From assembly GCF_039541115.1 (NCBI RefSeq), contig NZ_BAABFP010000004.1, positions 1-64,000 on the forward strand: 64,000 bases of DNA, in the 5' to 3' direction. The notes beneath the pieces are model-generated. The model was not told the origin of the DNA. It worked only from the letters and a program-made list of their open reading frames with translations, and did no database searches. The stretch is from Angustibacter luteus. Its GTDB lineage: Bacteria > Actinomycetota > Actinomycetes > Actinomycetales > Angustibacteraceae. Below are positions 58,528 through 64,000 of the stretch, one piece after another; positions within the stretch are counted from its first letter, which is position 1, and the number at the start of each line of letters is the position of its first letter. Made by a program: the position numbers and the translations under genes.

Positions 58528-58677
58528 TCACTTCTCCCGCTTCAGGTAGGCGACCAGGTTGCCCTGGTCCCCGGTGACGACCTGCACGAGCTCCCAGCCG
58601 TCCTCGCCCCACTGGTCGAGGATCTGCTTGGTCGCGTGCACGATGAGCGGAACGGTCGCGTACTCCCACTTGGCCAT
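58528..58677 (-). CDS. DUF4177 small protein
   Basis: [29 protein letters not shown]...AYLKR. Confidence 0.9.
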   Translation of the reverse strand: MAKWEYATVPLIVHATKQILDQWGEDGWELVQVVTGDQGNLVAYLKREK

Positions 58678-58717
58678 GGCCCGCATCCTCCCCCATCCCG
58701 CACTCCGCCGCCCAGCC

Positions 58718-58794
58718 CCCCTCCCCCCGCGGTGATCATGCACGTTCGCCCCGGGCTTGCTGGGGTGAACGTGCGTGATCACCGGGGGGGAGGG
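58718..58794. repeat. long inverted repeat (REP-like or terminator)
   Basis: GGTGATCATGCACGTTCGCCCC / GGGGTGAACGTGCGTGATCACC, flanked by C and G tracts. Confidence 0.75.
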
Positions 58795-58802
58795 ACGGGC
58801 CG

Positions 58803-59474
58803 TCACGTGGAGGGGCGGACCAGGCCCGTCTCGTACGCCAGGACGACGGCCTGGGCGCGGTCGCGCAGGTCCAGCTTGGTCAGGATCCGGCCGACGTGGG
58901 TCTTCACCGTCTGCTCGGCCAGCACCAGCCGGTCGGCGATCTCGCCGTTCGACAGGCCCGCGGCGATGAGCTCGAGCACCTCGGTCTCGCGTGGGGTCAG
59001 CGCGTTGAGCCGGGTCGGTCGGGCGGACGACGACGCCGGCCGCCGCGCGAACTCGGCGATCAGCCGGCGGGTCACCGTGGGCGCCAGCAGGCCGTCGCCG
59101 GCGGCCACCACCCGCACCGCCTGCACCAGCTCGTCCGCCCGGGCGTCCTTGAGCAGGAACCCGCTCGCCCCCGCCCGCAACGCCTCGAACACGTAGTCAT
59201 CGAGGTCGAACGTGGTCAACACCAGCACCTTGGGGTGCCGGTCGCCAGGCATGGCCATGATCCGCCGGGTCGCCTCGATGCCGTCCAGCACGGGCATCCG
59301 GATGTCCATCAGGACGACGTCCGGGTCGTGGGTGCGCACCGCGCGCACCGCGGCCTCACCGTCGGCCGCGTCACCGGCGACGGTGATCCCGTCCTGCGCG
59401 GCCAGCAGCGCGGCGAAGCCCTGCCGCACCATCGCCTGGTCGTCGACGACGACCACCCGGATCGAGTCGGTCAC
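58803..59474 (-). CDS. NarL/LuxR-family response regulator
   Basis: VVVVDDQ, MDIRMP, LTTFD, LTPRETEVL...TVKTHV. Confidence 0.95.
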   Translation of the reverse strand: MTDSIRVVVVDDQAMVRQGFAALLAAQDGITVAGDAADGEAAVRAVRTHDPDVVLMDIRMPVLDGIEATRRIMAMPGDRHPKVLVLTTFDLDDYVFEALRAGASGFLLKDARADELVQAVRVVAAGDGLLAPTVTRRLIAEFARRPASSSARPTRLNALTPRETEVLELIAAGLSNGEIADRLVLAEQTVKTHVGRILTKLDLRDRAQAVVLAYETGLVRPST

Positions 59475-60742
59475 GGCGCTCCCAACGGCAGCTCGGCCCG
59501 GACGACGAAACCGCCGTCCGCGGAGGGCGCGGCGTCCAGGGAACCGCCCTCGGCCCCCGCGCGCTCGCGCATCCCGATGATGCCGTGCCCGGCGCCGTCG
59601 GGGTCCAGGTCGGCCGCGACGGGCTCCGGCGGCCGGTCGTTGACGACCGAGACCCGCAGCGCGGACCCGTCCCGCGCCACCACCACGCGCACCGCCGCCC
59701 CGGGAGCGTGCCGGGCGGCGTTCGCCAGCGACTCCTGCACGATCCGGTAGGCGGCGAGGGACGTTCCGGGCCGCAGCGCGTCCCCGCCCAGCCGGACGTC
59801 CGCCTCGACGTCCTGCCCGGCCCGACGGGCCCCCTCCACCAGCTCGGCCAGCAGCTCCAGCCCGGGCTGCGGGGCGTGCTCGGCCTCGTCGTCCTCGTTG
59901 CGCAGCACCGCGAGCAGCGCCCGCGTCTCAGCCAGCGCCGCCCGAGCGGACGCGCTGATCGACTCGAGCTCCTCGCGCGCGACGTCGGGCAGGTCCGGGT
60001 GGCGGTAGCCCGCGGTCTCGGCCTGCACCACGACCAGCGACATGTGGTGCGCGACGATGTCGTGCAGGTCGCGGGCGATCCGCGCGCGCTCCTCCAGCAC
60101 CAGCCGCCGCTGGGTCTCGGCCGAGCTCACCGCCGTCTGCCGGGACAGCGCCCGGTTGGTGCGCGCCAGCCGGCTGACCAGCAGGCCGACGACCACGATG
60201 ATGGTGACGCCCACCATCCAGCCGGTCCGGACGTCCGGCGCCGAGCCCCAGGCGAACAGCAGCACCGTCGCGGCCCACGCCCCGACCACCCGCTGCAGCG
60301 GCTCGCGCAGCGCGACCGCGAACAGCAGCGCGAAGATCACCAGCGACTGCACGGTGAGCCACGTCCACGGGTCGGAGTCCGCGACCGGCAGCGTGATGGC
60401 CAGCGCGAACGCCGAGACCTCGCTGATCAGCAGCCCCAGCGTCGGCCGGGTCAGCACCAGCCCGAACGGCAACCCGGCCAGCAGCCCGACGAACGGCATC
60501 AGCCCGTAGCCGAGGGTGTCGACGTCGTACACCTCGCCGCTGGTGCCGAACGCGATGACCGACAGCGCGACCGCGACGGTCCAGGCGGCCAGGGTCAGTC
60601 GCAGGCGGCGGCGCGGGTCGGGGCTGAGCGCCGCGGGCTCGCTCCAGCGCAGCAGCGCCGACTCGACGTGCTGCCAGCCGCGGGCCGTCGCGGCCGGTGC
60701 GGCGCGCAGCCGGCGCAGCGGATGGGGTCGGGGAATCCTCAC
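59471..60742 (-). CDS. HisKA_3 membrane sensor histidine kinase
   Basis: EERARIARDLHDIVAHH, YRIVQESLANAARHA, GHGIIGMRER; several N-terminal TMs. Confidence 0.94.
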   Translation of the reverse strand: MRIPRPHPLRRLRAAPAATARGWQHVESALLRWSEPAALSPDPRRRLRLTLAAWTVAVALSVIAFGTSGEVYDVDTLGYGLMPFVGLLAGLPFGLVLTRPTLGLLISEVSAFALAITLPVADSDPWTWLTVQSLVIFALLFAVALREPLQRVVGAWAATVLLFAWGSAPDVRTGWMVGVTIIVVVGLLVSRLARTNRALSRQTAVSSAETQRRLVLEERARIARDLHDIVAHHMSLVVVQAETAGYRHPDLPDVAREELESISASARAALAETRALLAVLRNEDDEAEHAPQPGLELLAELVEGARRAGQDVEADVRLGGDALRPGTSLAAYRIVQESLANAARHAPGAAVRVVVARDGSALRVSVVNDRPPEPVAADLDPDGAGHGIIGMRERAGAEGGSLDAAPSADGGFVVRAELPLGAP

Positions 60743-60953
60743 CCGACCACCGTAGGGACTTCGGCGCAGCAGGTCGTCATACCTGAGGGGTATCTGCCAC
60801 CCCCTACGCAGGTCCTACCGCTCGTCCGGCGTGGAACCGCAGTGGCACAACGGATCTGGCGCCCACGGACGACGACCCGGCGGCCATCTCGTCCCTACCG
60901 TCCGGCCGGACGCGGGTCAGCCGACCCGCTGTGACGGCGGAAGGGGCGCTCTG

Positions 60954-62996
60954 ATGCGCGAGGGCACGCAGCAGCGGACGAGTACGCCGATCGGACGACG
61001 CATCCTGGTGGTGCTGGCGGCGCTCCTGGTGTTCGGGGCGGTCAGCGGGTCCGCGGCCTGGGCCGGCGGCCGGCCGCGCTCGACCGCCTCCGAGACCTCC
61101 GACGCCGCGGCAGCGGCCGTGCGGTCGCTGACCGGGGACGGCGACCCCCGGGCGACCGCGGCGCTGCTACCGGCGGACTTCGGCGCGGTGATGGGCTACT
61201 GGCCCGTCGTCGTGCGGGCCGGCGGCCGAACCGTGCTGGAGCGCGCGAGCGGGAGCTGCTCGTCCCCGTTCGGCGACACCCGCTACGACTTCTCCGCGGC
61301 CTGCCGCCAGCACGACCTCGGCTACGACCTGCTCCGCTACGCCGACCGGACCGGCCACCCGCTCGGCGCCTGGGCCCGCGCCGCCGTGGACCGGGCGTTC
61401 GACCGGCACCTGAACGAGCGCTGCGGCGGCCCGGCCTGCGCAGCGGCCGCGGCGGTCTACGCCGGCGCCGTGGACGTCAACTCCGTGCGCCAGCTCTACC
61501 GGGTACCCGCGATCGAGACCCCTATGCACTGGGGACTGGCGGGGTCGGCCGGCGCGCTGGTCCTGCTGCTCGGCTGGTGGCGGCGGCTGCGGGTCCGCAC
61601 GGCGACCGTGCTCGCCCGGCTGGCCAGGGCCGCCGCTCGGCGGGTCACCGTGGGCCTGCCCACCCTGCTGGGCGCGATCGGTCTCGGCGCCTCACTGGTC
61701 CCGACGATCCTGCCCCGCCCCCTGCTCGTGCAGGCCGTGGTGTCGGCCGTCGTCGCCGTCCAGCTGGTCGCCGTCGGTGCGCTGGCCCGTCGGGCCGTGG
61801 CACGGATGCGCACGATGCGACCGAACCGGCTGCCCCCGACCGTGCAGCGCTGGGGCACGACGGCGTTGGCGATGGCGGCCATCACCGCGGGCGTCGTCGC
61901 CGGCCACGCCCGCAGCGCCGAGCTGCTCACCGGGATGGGCCAGGCGGCGCCGTCCCTGGCCGAAACCGCCCTGGCCGCCGGGCTCGCCGGCGCGCTCGGG
62001 ACGGTGCTCGTCGCGGCCGGCCGCGGCCTGGCGTGGACGGCCCGCGCCGCGTGGCGCTCACGCCGCGTCCGGGTCGCCCTGCTGGTACCGGTGCTCGCGG
62101 TCGGCTCGACGGTGGGCTTCGCGGCGCCGCGCGACGCGTCGGCCGGGATCGACGTCGGCAGCAAGGGACGCCGCTACCTGGCCCACGGACTCACGGCCGA
62201 CCAGATCAGCCAGGTGACCGGGAAGCCTGCACGGCAACCGATCCGGACCTACGTCGGGCTCGGCGCGGCCGCCGATCCGCAGGACCGGGCGCGGCTGGCC
62301 GTGCGTCAGCTCGACCAGCTCGGCGGCTTCGACCGCGCCGCGGTGCTGGTGCTGATGCCGACCGGCTCGGGCTGGGTCGACCCGGCGGGCGTCGGCGCCG
62401 CGGAGTACCTGTACGGCGGCGACATCGCCTCCGTGGCCGTGCAGTACGACGACGTGCCGAGCTGGGTCGCGTACCTGAAGGGCGGGGGGGCCGGGCGCCA
62501 GACCGCGACCGCGGTACTGGACGCCGTCCGGGCCCGGGTCGACGCGATGCCGGCCCAGCGCCGCCCCCACGTGCTGCTGTTCGGCGAGTCGCTGGGCGCG
62601 CTGTCCGGGCTGCACGCCCCGGTCGGGCGGGCGGACGCCGCGCTGTGGGTCGGCGTGCCGGGGCCGGCCCGCGAGCGCGCCGAGCAGGTGTCGGCGGACC
62701 CGAGCCAGCAGGTGCTGCTGCACGCCGACGACCCGGTGGCGGCCTGGTCCCCGGAGCTGGCGTGGCGCGACACGGCGCAGTGGAGCCGGCCGTGGGTGCC
62801 GGGGTTCAGCTTCTGGCAGGGGGTCGGCGACCTCGTCTCGGCCTACTGGACGCCGGACGGCTACGGCCACCGGTACTCCACCGAGATGGTCGACGCGTGG
62901 GTGCGGGCGGCGCACCCCTCGGCGGCGGGCAGCCCGGTGGCGGCCCGGTTGCCGCAGGTGCGGGCGGCGGTCGGCGACCTCGCGGCGGTGGGCTGA
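60954..62996 (+). CDS. prokaryotic phospholipase A2 domain fused through TM helices to an Abhydrolase_9-like alpha/beta hydrolase
   Basis: CSSPF...FSAACRQHDLGY...VDRAF...RC...C...YAGAV; later PIRTYVGL, PTGSGWVD, AVQY, FGESLGA, DDPV. Confidence 0.8.
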   Translation: MREGTQQRTSTPIGRRILVVLAALLVFGAVSGSAAWAGGRPRSTASETSDAAAAAVRSLTGDGDPRATAALLPADFGAVMGYWPVVVRAGGRTVLERASGSCSSPFGDTRYDFSAACRQHDLGYDLLRYADRTGHPLGAWARAAVDRAFDRHLNERCGGPACAAAAAVYAGAVDVNSVRQLYRVPAIETPMHWGLAGSAGALVLLLGWWRRLRVRTATVLARLARAAARRVTVGLPTLLGAIGLGASLVPTILPRPLLVQAVVSAVVAVQLVAVGALARRAVARMRTMRPNRLPPTVQRWGTTALAMAAITAGVVAGHARSAELLTGMGQAAPSLAETALAAGLAGALGTVLVAAGRGLAWTARAAWRSRRVRVALLVPVLAVGSTVGFAAPRDASAGIDVGSKGRRYLAHGLTADQISQVTGKPARQPIRTYVGLGAAADPQDRARLAVRQLDQLGGFDRAAVLVLMPTGSGWVDPAGVGAAEYLYGGDIASVAVQYDDVPSWVAYLKGGGAGRQTATAVLDAVRARVDAMPAQRRPHVLLFGESLGALSGLHAPVGRADAALWVGVPGPARERAEQVSADPSQQVLLHADDPVAAWSPELAWRDTAQWSRPWVPGFSFWQGVGDLVSAYWTPDGYGHRYSTEMVDAWVRAAHPSAAGSPVAARLPQVRAAVGDLAAVG

Positions 62997-63013
62997 TCGG
63001 CCAGGATGGTCCC

Positions 63014-63808
63014 GTGAGCTCCCGCGGCGTCCTCGACCAGCCCGCTCCCCCGCCTGACGCGGTGCTGCGGTACGGCCCGCTGCCCGAGCACGTGATCGAC
63101 GTCCGGTGGCCGGCGGCCGCCACGGCCGCCCCGCTGGTCGTGGTCGTGCACGGCGGCTACTGGCGCGAGGAGTACGACCGCACGCACGCCGGGCCGCAGT
63201 GCGTCGGGCTCGCTGCGGCCGGCTACGCCGTCGCCGCGATCGAGTACCGCCGGACCGGGTCGGGGAACGGCTGGGACGAGCTGTCCGCGGACGTCGCCGC
63301 CGCGCTCGAGCAGGTCGGTGGACTGGTCGCCGGGGCGGCCCAGCAGGCCGGCATGGACGTCGACCCCGCCCGCACGGTGCTCGTCGGGCACAGCGCCGGC
63401 GGGCACCTGGTGGCCTGGGCGGCGGCGACCCGCGACCTGCCCGGCGTCGTCGGCGCGGTCAGCCTGGCCGGCGTCCTGGACCTCACGCTCGCCGACGACC
63501 TGCGACTGGACGTCGGCCCCGGCGGTCCCGCCGTGCACGTCCTGCTCGGCGGGTCGCGGGTCGACGTCCCGCAGCGGTACGCCGCCGCCGACCCGACCCG
63601 CCTCGGTCCGCCCGCGATCCCGGTGGTCGCGCTGCACGGTGACGCGGACGACGTGGCGCCCCTCGCGCTGAGCGAGTCGTACTGCGCCGCGACCGGCCAG
63701 CGGCTCGTCGTCCTGGCCGGCACCGACCACTTCGCCTGGATCGACCCCCAGTCCACCGCCTGGCCGCACGAGCTGGCCGCGATCGACGCCCTCGCCCGCT
63801 CCCCCTAG
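63014..63808 (+). CDS. alpha/beta hydrolase (esterase/lipase)
   Basis: HGGYW, EYRR, GHSAGG, HGDADD, DHF. Confidence 0.9.
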   Translation: MSSRGVLDQPAPPPDAVLRYGPLPEHVIDVRWPAAATAAPLVVVVHGGYWREEYDRTHAGPQCVGLAAAGYAVAAIEYRRTGSGNGWDELSADVAAALEQVGGLVAGAAQQAGMDVDPARTVLVGHSAGGHLVAWAAATRDLPGVVGAVSLAGVLDLTLADDLRLDVGPGGPAVHVLLGGSRVDVPQRYAAADPTRLGPPAIPVVALHGDADDVAPLALSESYCAATGQRLVVLAGTDHFAWIDPQSTAWPHELAAIDALARSP

Positions 63809-63832
63809 CCCGCCGCCCCCACCCAGCCGCCC

Positions 63833-63889
63833 CCACCCGATCGTGGCAACCTCGCATCGCCGGCGATGCGTCGTTGCCACGATCGTGGG
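63833..63889. terminator. inverted repeat after the hydrolase gene
   Basis: CGATCGTGGCAAC...CGCATCGC / GCGATGCG...GTTGCCACGATCG. Confidence 0.7.
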
Positions 63890-64000
63890 GTTGGGCGGGC
63901 TCGCGGAAGGCTAGGTAGCCTTCGCAGGTGCCCACGACCGCCGCTGCGACTGCCTCCGCGACCGCCGGCGACGTCCACGAGCGCGACTGGGACGGCGTCC

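Noticed and set aside
63900..64000. Possible 3' end of a minus-strand gene
   Set aside because: Too short to fix the frame or product.

Overview
High-GC actinomycete chromosome segment (about 60 genes). It follows the conserved topA-bldG-tad-ssd-fic-acs-nhaA-marP-nth-crp backbone known from Streptomyces and mycobacteria. Two non-coding RNAs are recognisable from sequence: a 6C RNA (minus strand) and a compact Ms1/MTS2823-like RNA (plus strand). They sit back-to-back because the HAD-IB gene that usually separates them is absent. Accessory genes lie within the backbone: (i) three tandem paralogous single-pass membrane proteins with an MG[YF]EVL start and two Cys-paired repeat domains; (ii) an iron-box-controlled desferrioxamine-type NIS siderophore operon (desA, desB, fused desC-desD, coupled LLM oxidoreductase) between a LytS kinase and its LytTR regulator; (iii) a membrane GGDEF-EAL protein coupled to an orphan solute-binding lipoprotein; (iv) a phospholipase A2-alpha/beta-hydrolase fusion divergent from a two-component system; (v) a ClpC2-like autorepressor with twin palindromic operators. 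No tRNA, rRNA, CRISPR array, transposase or integrase was seen. All calls come from motif recognition by eye; no searches were run. Start codons were adjusted from the ORF track using RBS, stop/start overlap or leaderless -10 evidence.
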